From the NCBI GenBank assembly GCA_011364905.1, contig RDNZ01000006.1, positions 34,865 through 98,864 of the forward strand: a stretch of DNA of 64,000 bases. The letters run 5' to 3'. This stretch comes from Candidatus Thorarchaeota archaeon (lineage in GTDB: Archaea; Asgardarchaeota; Thorarchaeia; Thorarchaeales; Thorarchaeaceae). Made by a program: the position numbers and the translations under genes. This document shows positions 36,937 through 46,482 of the stretch, piece by piece. The stretch's first letter is position 1; the number at the start of each line of letters is the position of its first letter. The notes under the pieces are model-generated. The model did not search any database. It was not told the DNA's origin and was given only the letters and a program-made list of their open reading frames with translations.

Positions 36937-38709
36937 CTAGGTCATGTAGGGATAACACTGTGTCATGAGTAGGTTCAAGACGGAACTACGGACGGAACTC
37001 TCAGAAATGAAACCGGTCAGTTCGTTTTCGCATATCTTGATGTAAGGAAGCATGGGAAGTTCTTCAACTGGAATGTCGACATCTGGATCATCAACATTGA
37101 TTGTTTCAACCATGCTTAGAGGTACCCCCAATGAGTCTAGAACTGCAGTCAGTATCTCCATTGCAGGTTCGCAGAAGACACAATGATTCGATTTGTAGAA
37201 AGTGATACAGGTTTGTCTTCCGCAGTGTAGTTCCGGAGTTTCAATCCAGAGCGGCAGCATCAGAATGAATCTTGCACCTTGGGAGTGATTTCCTTTCACC
37301 CGGTCCTCAACCCGAATCTTACCGCCTATGTTCCTAACAATCCTATCGACAAGTGTTAGTCCAAGCCCTCTCCCGACTATCTGCTCATCCGGACTTCCTG
37401 TCCTTCGAAAGATGAACTCCTTTGCATTGTCGGGGACCCCCGGTCCATGGTCTATGAACTCAATTCGGACCATCTTCACTTCTTTGACTATCTCTGCAAG
37501 AACCTCCATGTGTACGACATCTTTCTCATCAAACGTCATGGCATTGTGAAGTAGATTGAAACACACCTGTTCGAGATACTGGTGACCAGCTACCTCAAAC
37601 AGTCCTTTCTCGACATTTGTAGTCAACTCAAGTGTCTTCCACGGAAAGTCTCTCTCAACTGAATCCTTGGCAGTTTCAAGATAATCGTAAAAGTCAACCT
37701 TTGTTCTTGTTGGCGGTTCATTTGCCAACCTAAAGAGAGACCTTAGATTCGCAATCATTCTCGCAGCTCTTCTGACATTCCAGCTTGATTCATGCAGCAA
37801 TGGTCGATATTGCTCAGGAATGTCTTGGGAACTCTCCATTAGCCCTGTCGAGAACAGAAGGCTCTGGTTGACATTATTCAGATCGTGAGTCATGACTTCT
37901 AGGTATAAGTTGGCACGTTCACGCTCAACTTGCTCCCTCATTTCAGCATTCTTTCTTCTGTCAATATCAAGTGCCATTAACGCGATTGTAGATGATTGGT
38001 CGGGAACCTCCAAAAGATTCGCCGTTACACTTACCCACGTTGTTCTTCCGTCAGCAGTTTTCAACTGCAGTTCGAAGTCTTCAACACTTTTGCCATTAGC
38101 CGCTTCTGAAATCATTTGTCCAACGATTTCTTTACCGTTACCATTAGGAAGGAACGATGAGAAATTCCTTCGAAGTAAATCCTCTTCTTTGTACCCTAGC
38201 AACCTGGCTGCGGCTTTATTGACTTGCAGGACATTGCCCATTAAACTCAAGGAGAAGTAAGCTATTGGAGATGAGTCATATAATGCTCTATATTTACTCT
38301 CTGAAACATCAATCGCGGCCTCAAGCTCAACTTGATGGGATACATTGCGGACTATAGCCATAACAGCCGGCTTTCGAGAGAGAGCGAAGTCAGAGGTACT
38401 AATTTCGACATGGATAATGCTTCCATCCTTTTTCAAAAATCGGGCTCTGAAAGAGGGACGCTGAGTTTGACCCCAATTAAACGCATCCTGAACCTCACTG
38501 AATTGATGGGCTGTGGTTGGTTCCAGAAGATCAGTAACTTGCTTTCCCTCAAGACTAGCAAAATCATACCCCATCATTTCTAGAAACGCAGGATTTGCCA
38601 TGACAATCCTATCATCCTGTAATATGATGATTCCATCATTTGCCAACATCATCATGCCAAAGTATTCATCTTCGACATTGGTGGTGTTCTTGTTGGATTG
38701 ATCCTGCAA
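36937..38709 (-). CDS. PAS-PAS histidine kinase with C-terminal CxxC thioredoxin-fold domain
   Basis: Two PAS; H-box VMTHDLNN; N-box NLLHNA; G1 DHGPG; G2 GRGLGL; then FYKSNHCVFC...INVDD...LPMLP...GFIS. Confidence 0.9.
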   Translation of the reverse strand: MQDQSNKNTTNVEDEYFGMMMLANDGIIILQDDRIVMANPAFLEMMGYDFASLEGKQVTDLLEPTTAHQFSEVQDAFNWGQTQRPSFRARFLKKDGSIIHVEISTSDFALSRKPAVMAIVRNVSHQVELEAAIDVSESKYRALYDSSPIAYFSLSLMGNVLQVNKAAARLLGYKEEDLLRRNFSSFLPNGNGKEIVGQMISEAANGKSVEDFELQLKTADGRTTWVSVTANLLEVPDQSSTIALMALDIDRRKNAEMREQVERERANLYLEVMTHDLNNVNQSLLFSTGLMESSQDIPEQYRPLLHESSWNVRRAARMIANLRSLFRLANEPPTRTKVDFYDYLETAKDSVERDFPWKTLELTTNVEKGLFEVAGHQYLEQVCFNLLHNAMTFDEKDVVHMEVLAEIVKEVKMVRIEFIDHGPGVPDNAKEFIFRRTGSPDEQIVGRGLGLTLVDRIVRNIGGKIRVEDRVKGNHSQGARFILMLPLWIETPELHCGRQTCITFYKSNHCVFCEPAMEILTAVLDSLGVPLSMVETINVDDPDVDIPVEELPMLPYIKICENELTGFISESSVRSSVLNLLMTQCYPYMT

Positions 38710-38856
38710 ATCGTTTTCCGCCTAGATGCATCCAAAGTCGCCGCATCTGCTCTTGCGCTATTCATGTGTCAAGTATAATCTACATATAGATTGCTTGTGT
38801 AAATCAAGAGCAACTCCGTATTCCGCAAGGGAATTGCTTTTAAGGCCATTTTCTAT

Positions 38857-38886
38857 CATTTCAACACTTGTATAATCGTTGAAATG
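38857..38886. promoter_or_regulatory. Putative ArsR operator: inverted repeat CATTTCAAC-N12-GTTGAAATG
   Basis: Perfect 9-bp arms between TTTTAAGG (TATA-like, ~38838) and the arsR start. Confidence 0.65.
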
Positions 38887-38898
38887 TTGTGTGGGAAA

Positions 38899-39225
38899 AT
38901 GACAGCCACAAAAAAGGCATCTGAAAATCAGATTGAGTTCAAAGGCGATGAATTGAACAATGTGATAGCAATTTTCAGAGCACTCTCTGATCATTCACGT
39001 GTTCGAATCATATCGGCTCTCTCGAATAATGAGAATCTTTGCGTATCTGACATCGCCGAATTACTTGAGATGCCGATCAGTAGGGTGAGTCATCATCTCA
39101 GCACATTGAGGATGCTGGGATTTGTGAAGTCGCATCAAGATGGAAAGCAGGTCTTTTACACTATTGACGACGATTGCATTACTGACATCATGAAGAGGGC
39201 AAGAGACCATGTCGCAGGAAACTGA
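38899..39225 (+). CDS. ArsR/SmtB (CadC-like) metalloregulator
   Basis: FRALSDHSRVRII, ELCV-like NLCVSDIA, SHHLSTLR, GKQVFYT. Confidence 0.92.
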   Translation: MTATKKASENQIEFKGDELNNVIAIFRALSDHSRVRIISALSNNENLCVSDIAELLEMPISRVSHHLSTLRMLGFVKSHQDGKQVFYTIDDDCITDIMKRARDHVAGN

Positions 39226-41122
39226 AACTGCGTGTACAACCTGCGCCGCTACTGCAGGAACTGAAACCCACAAGTCAAGACAATACAAGTACAGAATGGC
39301 AGTCTTGTCAGCATCCATGCTAGTTCTTGGTATCGCTCTTGGATTCTTGAGCGCAAATATCATCCTCATTTACTGTGTATTTCTTGCCTCTATGCTATCA
39401 GCTGGACAGTTCATTCTTCCAAGAGGGGCTCGAGGATTAATGAAACTTCGACTTGACATGCACTTTCTAATGTCAACAGCGTCCATAGGAGCATTCATCA
39501 TTGGCGCTCCGGCTGAAGGCGCAGCAGTCATGTTTCTCTTCTTCATATCGATGCTACTTGAAGAAAGAGCAGAAGATCAGGTGAGGCACGAGCTAGAACA
39601 ACTCATACAATTAGAACCTCCATCAGCCACTATCAAGATGAAAGATTCTGAAGCTTGCATACCGACATCAGAGGTCATGCGGGGAGATGTTTTGATTGTG
39701 CGACCTGGAGGAAAAATAGGCCTGGATGGAGTTGTCGTATATGGCGAAACCTCAGTAAATCAAGCTCCGATAACAGGAGAGTCGATTCCTGTCACAAAGA
39801 TAATTGGGGACAAGGTGTATGCAGGGACAATAAACCAAGAGGGATACATCGAGGTCGAGGTAACCTCGAAATCAAATGAAACCGTTCTTTCAAAAATAGT
39901 AGAATTGGTAGCAGATGCAAAGAACAAGAAGGCACCGACGGAGAAGCTAATAGATAGATTCTCCCAAAAATATACTCCTGTTATGGTCACTCTAACAATC
40001 TTGCTTGGATTGGTAACATGGATCCTTGGTGCATCACCTGTCGACGCCACTTATCGTGCATTGACACTACTGGTCATCAGTTGCCCTTGCGCTTTTGTTG
40101 TATCAATCCCAGTTAGTATTGTGTCATCCATAGCAGGCTCAGCAAGAGATGGAGTCTTGGTAAAAGGCGGAATCTACATAGAGCAAGTAAGCAAGACGAA
40201 GACTGTTGCATTCGATAAAACGGGCACTCTCACGGATGGCGAGTTGTCAGTGAAAGAGGTCTGTCTACATAACAATTTCAGCAGAGAGGAAGTTCTCATA
40301 ACAGCCGCCACTTTAGAACAGATGTCTGAGCACCCGATAGCACGAGCATTGGTCGATGTAACTAAGAACGAAGACATGGAGCTAAGAGAGACTTTCGGAT
40401 TCTCTGCAATTCCAGGACTCGGCATTGAGGGTAAAATCGGAGATGCAACCTATCTCGTGGGAAACCGGAGACTCTTGATGGAACAAAGTATCATGCTGGA
40501 TGAACCTTCTAAGCATAGTTGTGGAGTAGGTACTCTAGTCTATGTTGCACAAGGCAACATGCACCTCGGGACTATTGTTTTGGCAGACTCACTTCGGGCT
40601 GGAGCAGTTGAAGCTGTGCGTGAACTAAAGAGCATGGGCATACGTACCATTATGCTCACCGGGGATAGTGAAACAGTAGCGAAAGACATAGCGCAAGAGG
40701 TTGGTGTTGATGAATACATGGCAGAGCTTCTTCCAGAAGAGAAGGTGGCTGCAATAGAGGAGATTTCAACAAACGGCTCATCGATAATGGTTGGCGATGG
40801 CATTAATGATGCACCGGCTCTCGCTACCGCAGATGTGGGAATTGCTATGGGCGCAGTTTCTTCGGATGCCGCACTTGAAACATCAGACATCGCCTTGATG
40901 CAGCAGGATCTGAGGAATGTGCCTGGTATTATCAAGAAGGCAAAAAAGACAATGAGAATAGTACGCCAAAATATTACTCTCTCAATATCTGTAAAGCTCT
41001 TCATCGGTATTTTTGCTGCCTTCGGTCTCGTGAGTCTGTGGATGGCCATTGGAATAGGGGATATGGGACTAACTTTTGCAGTAATTGCCAATGCTCTAAG
41101 ATTGGTAAGGAAAAACACCTAG
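39209..41122 (+). CDS. cadA: P1B-type heavy-metal (Zn/Cd/Pb) translocating ATPase
   Basis: TGES, CPC, DKTGT, SEHP, GDGINDAPALA; short N-terminal CTTC. Confidence 0.92.
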   Translation: MSQETETACTTCAATAGTETHKSRQYKYRMAVLSASMLVLGIALGFLSANIILIYCVFLASMLSAGQFILPRGARGLMKLRLDMHFLMSTASIGAFIIGAPAEGAAVMFLFFISMLLEERAEDQVRHELEQLIQLEPPSATIKMKDSEACIPTSEVMRGDVLIVRPGGKIGLDGVVVYGETSVNQAPITGESIPVTKIIGDKVYAGTINQEGYIEVEVTSKSNETVLSKIVELVADAKNKKAPTEKLIDRFSQKYTPVMVTLTILLGLVTWILGASPVDATYRALTLLVISCPCAFVVSIPVSIVSSIAGSARDGVLVKGGIYIEQVSKTKTVAFDKTGTLTDGELSVKEVCLHNNFSREEVLITAATLEQMSEHPIARALVDVTKNEDMELRETFGFSAIPGLGIEGKIGDATYLVGNRRLLMEQSIMLDEPSKHSCGVGTLVYVAQGNMHLGTIVLADSLRAGAVEAVRELKSMGIRTIMLTGDSETVAKDIAQEVGVDEYMAELLPEEKVAAIEEISTNGSSIMVGDGINDAPALATADVGIAMGAVSSDAALETSDIALMQQDLRNVPGIIKKAKKTMRIVRQNITLSISVKLFIGIFAAFGLVSLWMAIGIGDMGLTFAVIANALRLVRKNT

Positions 41123-41125
41123 AGA

Positions 41126-42703
41126 TTATTTGTAGGTATCAAGAGCATGCACAGATGCTGCGAGAAAGCAATAGACAAGTGACAGGGTATAAAGAGGAAG
41201 AATGACCAAGACTAAGACACTGTCAGAGTAGAATGCAACAAGAAGCACCAATAGAGCTCCAAGTCCAAGGTTTATGATTGGAAATGAGAATGCAAGTGGG
41301 ACTGGTAGTGTTTTTGGATCATTAGTAAAAACGGGGACATATGCGCCTACAGCAGTACCAGTAGCTGTAAATAGAATTGTTAAGGGAATTGCTAGGGTAA
41401 CCACAGAGAGATATCCCCCGACCTGAATGAAATAAATAAGGAATCCGCACGCAGGAATGACTGCTATAGCAACCTCAATAAGACTAAGCAGATATTTCGA
41501 AAGAACAATGTCACTTGTACGGAAAGGTGACGCCTTAAGCATATACACGTTTTCACGTTCATCAACAAAGCTAAGCATTGATGTTACACTAGCCATTTGA
41601 ATGAAGAGTATCAACATAAGAATGAAAGCTGGTACGACTGCAAACGCAAGGCGTGGTGGAATAGTCACTGAGGGAAACCATGCGGGACGAATAGTATTCA
41701 GGTAAATGACAAAGGCAGTGCCAAAAACTGCATAGATGTACTTCCAAATCTGCATAGGTGATCGAAGGCGGCTCCAGAAATCCTTTAACATTATCCACAA
41801 CATAGGGTCATTTAGTCGAGATCGGGAAAAGTCAACCTCACCATGAATTATTCTACTGAATCTGCCTTCTGTCTCTTCCCTTCCTCTAGTAGCTGAATAG
41901 ATCTCATAATGCTCGTAGCCAGTGATGTTGGCTGTAAGGAGAAGACAAATGGTGAATCCAATCACTAGAAGGATGACACCATATAATGGACTTTCTCCCT
42001 GAGCGAAAATGCCTGTGGATTCGATCAGGAACAAAGCGAAAGCATTTGATGGAGCAACATAGAGTGCTGTAAATCTTGATAGAAGATATGGATGGGCAGG
42101 CAAAAGCACGAGGACCCCTAAAACGACAACCATCAGATGGCGGATCCTTCGTTTTGTCCTTTGTGAAATCCAAAGCCGAACATATGAACTCAATGCACCA
42201 AGGAAGTAATTCGTTTCAAGGAAGATGATTATGACTATAACCAGAAAGACGGTTGAGTAGAACAGCAAACTGGCTGAAACAAGAAGGGGAAGAATAGCCA
42301 GGATACCAAGAGTCAGGAAGGATATCTTTCTGACAATTCTGCGAATATAGCGACTCAAAAAAATCTGGTGAGGTTTGACTGGAGCAGACATCATGAGGTT
42401 TTCATCATCGATGGTGAGCACAGCAGCTGGACCAAGACCAAAGTATCCACTTACCACTGAGGAGGCACTGAAAACAGCAGTGGCAGCATAAATCATCGGC
42501 GCACTAATTGTATCCTCGAGCAGGTCACCGAAATTGAAAAGAATGGGGGAAAATGATACAAGACCTGTTATGACAGAACTAACAAAGAAAACCCCGAAGA
42601 AACTGACACCGTAAAAGAGGAGCATGGACGGGGTTGTGATTGTTTGTTTGAATTGATTGTACAACATGCGAATCTCATTCTTCATGAGTTTGTATGTTGA
42701 CAA
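41126..42703 (-). CDS. ABC-2 type exporter permease (duplicated membrane domain)
   Basis: ~12 TMs in two halves, LMMSAPVKP and MLKASPFRT motifs; downstream of the ABC ATPase. Confidence 0.8.
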   Translation of the reverse strand: MSTYKLMKNEIRMLYNQFKQTITTPSMLLFYGVSFFGVFFVSSVITGLVSFSPILFNFGDLLEDTISAPMIYAATAVFSASSVVSGYFGLGPAAVLTIDDENLMMSAPVKPHQIFLSRYIRRIVRKISFLTLGILAILPLLVSASLLFYSTVFLVIVIIIFLETNYFLGALSSYVRLWISQRTKRRIRHLMVVVLGVLVLLPAHPYLLSRFTALYVAPSNAFALFLIESTGIFAQGESPLYGVILLVIGFTICLLLTANITGYEHYEIYSATRGREETEGRFSRIIHGEVDFSRSRLNDPMLWIMLKDFWSRLRSPMQIWKYIYAVFGTAFVIYLNTIRPAWFPSVTIPPRLAFAVVPAFILMLILFIQMASVTSMLSFVDERENVYMLKASPFRTSDIVLSKYLLSLIEVAIAVIPACGFLIYFIQVGGYLSVVTLAIPLTILFTATGTAVGAYVPVFTNDPKTLPVPLAFSFPIINLGLGALLVLLVAFYSDSVLVLVILPLYTLSLVYCFLAASVHALDTYK

Positions 42704-42717
42704 AAACCAAGCACCTC

Positions 42718-43641
42718 CTATTCAGGAATTCCTCCGGTCAGGTTGAGAAAGATTTCCTCAAGGTTTGCAGCTTCAGGATGCTGCTTTCTAAGTTGGTCAT
42801 AAGAACCTCGTCCAACAATGTCACCTTCATTCATTATCACGAATCTATCACACAGGTCAGCTGCAACCTCAAGGATATGTGTGGAGATGAGAATCGCCGA
42901 TCCAGTATCTCGTAGTTGCCGTAGTAGTTTCTTGAGATTCCAAGCCCCTCTTGGATCTAGTCCGTAGATTGGCTCATCGAGCGCAAGAACAAAGGGAGGT
43001 TCTCGGGAGAAGATGCCGATCAGGAGGGCACGCTGCAAATTGCCTTTGGAAAGAGTTCCAACGTATGAATCAATGAACTCGTCGAACTGAAACAAATCGA
43101 CAAACTCTCTCATCCTGATTAAGGCGGTTTCCTGGGGGACACCATATATGCGTGCTGTAAACATGACATATTCTCGAGCAGTCAGACTGGGATAACATGT
43201 TGGTTTCTCGGGGATATATCCAACTCGCTGCTTTGCAAGAATAGGCTCTTTCTTTAGATCGTGTCCATTAACTTGAATGAACCCACTAGTCGTGCGGATT
43301 ATTCCTGTCAGCATTCTCAGTGTCGTTGTTTTCCCTGCTCCGTTTGGTCCAACAAGTCCTACGATTTCGCCGGGATTGACTTCAAGATCAAGACTACGAA
43401 CTGCAGTCTTCTTTCCAAATCGTTTAGAGACCTTTTTGAGTATGATTGCAGGAGATTCCAAGATTACAGGAGGAACAGAGAGCTCATCTCGTTTTTCCAA
43501 CTCCTTCATGAGCTCATCAATAAGCCAACTCCGCTTTATCGTTCGTTTGAAAATGGGGATGTTTAGAACACGAGCAAGACGTATTAGCTCCTCGCCACGC
43601 ATTCTTTCAACATCGGTTCTAGCTGTCACAGACGGTTTCAC
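42718..43641 (-). CDS. ABC transporter ATP-binding protein with extra N-terminal helical domain
   Basis: GPNGAGKTT, LSKGN, LDEP, STH. Confidence 0.92.
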   Translation of the reverse strand: MKPSVTARTDVERMRGEELIRLARVLNIPIFKRTIKRSWLIDELMKELEKRDELSVPPVILESPAIILKKVSKRFGKKTAVRSLDLEVNPGEIVGLVGPNGAGKTTTLRMLTGIIRTTSGFIQVNGHDLKKEPILAKQRVGYIPEKPTCYPSLTAREYVMFTARIYGVPQETALIRMREFVDLFQFDEFIDSYVGTLSKGNLQRALLIGIFSREPPFVLALDEPIYGLDPRGAWNLKKLLRQLRDTGSAILISTHILEVAADLCDRFVIMNEGDIVGRGSYDQLRKQHPEAANLEEIFLNLTGGIPE

Positions 43642-43722
43642 CCCATCAACATGTCAGGGTTTCTACATGTGCGCTTTTAACTCTCGCCAATAATAAGGCA
43701 GTGGTTTAAGTAGAGTACAAAA

Positions 43723-44439
43723 TTATGTCTTGACCACGAAGTAGTCGAGCTCGAATGGTATGATCTCCTTCAACTGTAAGTCCCAGTCAATGACTTGCGT
43801 CACAAGGGGAAACACTTCAACGCCCTTTCTGTGAGCATAACGAAGCGCATCGGCAAAAACGGGGTCTGTCTTGTCGTTCGGAGAAAAGACAGAGGCATCC
43901 GGACGCTGAATAACGAAGATTACAGCAGCACGGTCAACGCACTTGATATTCAATGCTTCAGCAAGATTTCGAAGATGGCGCGAACCTCTTTTTGTGGGTG
44001 CATCGGGAAAGATTGCCCGATTGTTCTCGACAAGTGTGCAAGACTTAACCTCGATGAATGCAGACATTTCAGGTCCTATTAATTTGAAATCGAACCGTCC
44101 ATCAAATGCGCGAGGCTCAGGAATAACTGTATCATAGTTGTCGAAAAAAGAAAGACGATGTTCTAAAAACAATCTTTTTACAAACCGATTTGGCAGATAG
44201 GAATCGATTGAGACCAGAACCCCGTTGTATTCCAAGCCTATCATGTTATAGTTGGTCTTCCTTTTTGCACTCCGTTTTTCCCTGACAAACACTTCAGTTC
44301 CTGGAATCATGAGCTCGAGCATCCTTCCAGGATTAGGAATGAAGACTTCAGTTGTCCTTCCATCAATGAGCACTCTACCTAGGAATCTGTTTGGCCGATC
44401 AATGAAAACTGCCTTGCTGATTCCTCTGACTGAATTCAT
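43723..44439 (-). CDS. sfsA: SfsA DNA/RNA nuclease
   Basis: RPNRF, PNPGRMLEL, RFDF, EVKSCTL, FPDAPTKRG. Confidence 0.93.
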   Translation of the reverse strand: MNSVRGISKAVFIDRPNRFLGRVLIDGRTTEVFIPNPGRMLELMIPGTEVFVREKRSAKRKTNYNMIGLEYNGVLVSIDSYLPNRFVKRLFLEHRLSFFDNYDTVIPEPRAFDGRFDFKLIGPEMSAFIEVKSCTLVENNRAIFPDAPTKRGSRHLRNLAEALNIKCVDRAAVIFVIQRPDASVFSPNDKTDPVFADALRYAHRKGVEVFPLVTQVIDWDLQLKEIIPFELDYFVVKT

Positions 44440-44563
44440 TGTAGCACCATTCCTTGTAGGATTACGTATTGAAACTACTTCTTACGCGAAAACCTATTAT
44501 CCTAGATGCGATAAGAGTACTACTAAAGCACAACTTTGTGTGTTTTGGGGCGTGGTTAGGTCG

Positions 44564-45172
44564 GTGACACGTGTTCTACTGGTTGATGACGATATTGAGC
44601 TCCTTGATATAGCGAGGATACTATTTGACCAAAAAGACCCTGATTTAGAACTGGTTGTTTCCTCATCGGTCAAGGATGCACTACAGAAATTAGAAAGAGA
44701 AAATTTTGACATTGTTATTTCTGACTACTTGATGCCAGATGCCTCAGGGTTGGACTTGCTAGAAGCGCTTCGTGAAGGCGGAGACGACATTGGATTCGTA
44801 ATGTGGACCGGACACTCGAACGAAGAAATCGCCATCAAATCGTTAAACCTTGGTGCGGATTACTACATTCTCAAAGGCCAGGATTACCGAAACCAGTTCT
44901 CCATTATTCAGGAGAAAATCAAGAGTGTCTTAAGCAGGAAATCACATGCGGAACTTCCTGTCATAAAACAGGAAAAAGCGAGCAAGTTCATACACAAATT
45001 ATCGCATGACATTATCGGGGTCGCTCAAAATATTATGGGGTATGCAACGCTTCTGGAAGAAGAGAGCAATCCGAAGTATATTGAGGGAATTAGCAGGCTT
45101 TTAGCGAAGCTCGATGACAGAGTTAAAACTGCTGTCACACAAGTCGACGACGGTTTGCTAAATGAAAAATAG
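44564..45172 (+). CDS. Response regulator receiver fused to a HisKA-like (DHp) helix pair, no ATPase domain
   Basis: VLLVDDD, SDYLMP, TG, GADYYILK; then LSHDII..AQNIMGYA; ORF ends about 50 aa later. Confidence 0.85.
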   Translation: MTRVLLVDDDIELLDIARILFDQKDPDLELVVSSSVKDALQKLERENFDIVISDYLMPDASGLDLLEALREGGDDIGFVMWTGHSNEEIAIKSLNLGADYYILKGQDYRNQFSIIQEKIKSVLSRKSHAELPVIKQEKASKFIHKLSHDIIGVAQNIMGYATLLEEESNPKYIEGISRLLAKLDDRVKTAVTQVDDGLLNEK

Positions 45173-45178
45173 TCTATT

Positions 45179-46282
45179 CTATAGATACTCAGTCAAGCAG
45201 AGTTGTTCAGATGCTTCACTTAGGCCGGACACTTTAACACCAACAAGACGGATGGATTTTTCACGTTCCTCACGTTGGTCAAAGATTTCAACAGCGAGTC
45301 TGTGCAGAATATCTGAATTGTTTGTTTCAACGGGAATGCTCCTACTTCTCTGTATGGTTGAATAATCGCTAAATCTCATCTTGACTGTGACTGTCTTGAA
45401 TTTCAAAGCTTTCTTCTGAAGACGCGCTCCTATTTTTCCACACATTCCTCCTAGAACTTCGTGAATGTAATCAACTGCATCTGGTTCAACATCTTCGAGA
45501 AATGTTCTATCCTTTGACATAGACTTTCTTACCCTGGGTCCGTTGTCAATAAGGGGGCGTTCATCAATGCCTCGGGCGCGTTGAAAAAGCCACGGAGATC
45601 CACGACCTAAGGCGGGCCATAATTCGGAAATAGTCATCCGTTGAATTTGTCCGAGTGTAGTAATACCGAACTTCTCTAGCCTTTCGGCTGTCTTTCTACC
45701 AATTCCATTGAGAGCAGTAACAGGAAGCGGTTCGAGGAACTTCATTATGTCACTTGGTTCAGGACCCACAATAGTGATACCCCTTGGTTTGTTCATTCCC
45801 GTCGCGACCTTTGCAACCGACATATTAGGGGCCGCTCCAACTGAGCAGGGCAAGTTTGCTTCATGCCAGATTGAATCCTGAATCCACGCGGCAAGGTTTC
45901 TTGGTCCCCCAAAGACTTCAACACCCTCAGTCACTTCGATATATGCTTCATCGATACTTGCCCTTCGGACTCGACCTCCATCAGCGTACTCATGAAGGAT
46001 GTCCATAAACTCGTCAGAAGCAACACTGTAGCTCTCAAACTCACCGGGTATAAAAGCCGCATCAGGGCACAGATGGTAAGCCTGAGATACCGGCATCCCA
46101 GCATGAATTCCCTTGGCACGGGCTTCATACGAGGCAGCACGGACAACTCCTCTGCCTCTACCTCCCTTTGGGTCATGACCAACGCAGACCGGACGTCCTG
46201 CAAGTTCTGGATGATTCCTGTATTGCTCTACTGAGGCAAAGAAAGCATCCATATCAACATGCATAATCCAGCGTGATTTCAT
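45179..46282 (-). CDS. dinB: DNA polymerase IV (Y family)
   Basis: HVDMDAFFASVE, ASYEAR, SIDEAY, KPRG, GIG.KT, IRLVGV. Confidence 0.95.
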   Translation of the reverse strand: MKSRWIMHVDMDAFFASVEQYRNHPELAGRPVCVGHDPKGGRGRGVVRAASYEARAKGIHAGMPVSQAYHLCPDAAFIPGEFESYSVASDEFMDILHEYADGGRVRRASIDEAYIEVTEGVEVFGGPRNLAAWIQDSIWHEANLPCSVGAAPNMSVAKVATGMNKPRGITIVGPEPSDIMKFLEPLPVTALNGIGRKTAERLEKFGITTLGQIQRMTISELWPALGRGSPWLFQRARGIDERPLIDNGPRVRKSMSKDRTFLEDVEPDAVDYIHEVLGGMCGKIGARLQKKALKFKTVTVKMRFSDYSTIQRSRSIPVETNNSDILHRLAVEIFDQREEREKSIRLVGVKVSGLSEASEQLCLTEYL

Positions 46283-46482
46283 GACCCTGCTAGTAGTAAT
46301 GCTACTCCCATTAGCAATTACTCATTGGTCTTGTAGGCTATACTGTATCCCGGGGGCTCAGGGAGATAGCCGAAGGTAATTACGAAGAGAGGAATGCAGC
46401 GTACATCCTAGAGAGCTCTATATGCTTCTGAGAAGTATATCAATAACCACCTTCCATCCATTAACTAGCTACAGGGGATTGT

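Noticed and set aside
36937-37230. KaiB/SasA (circadian) reading of the kinase tails
   Set aside because: KaiB-type domains lack CxxC, these keep CVFC, and no kaiC is in the window; the thioredoxin reading is simpler
40540-41118. Long antisense ORFs such as 40540..41118, 51554..52138, 62299..62826 and 1087..1551
   Set aside because: Lie wholly opposite well-supported genes, Ser/Ile-rich composition typical of shadow frames, no motifs
44252-44563. Long N-terminal extensions in the ORF track (also 10645-10755, 11978-12130, 50679-50819, 55381-55485)
   Set aside because: They overlap neighbouring genes or promoters and precede the family-typical N-terminus; starts were moved downstream
46295-46371. 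Imperfect hairpins upstream of dinB (possible SOS-like operator or SECIS)
   Set aside because: Stems are short and mismatched, located 5' of divergent genes, and not repeated before other repair genes in the window
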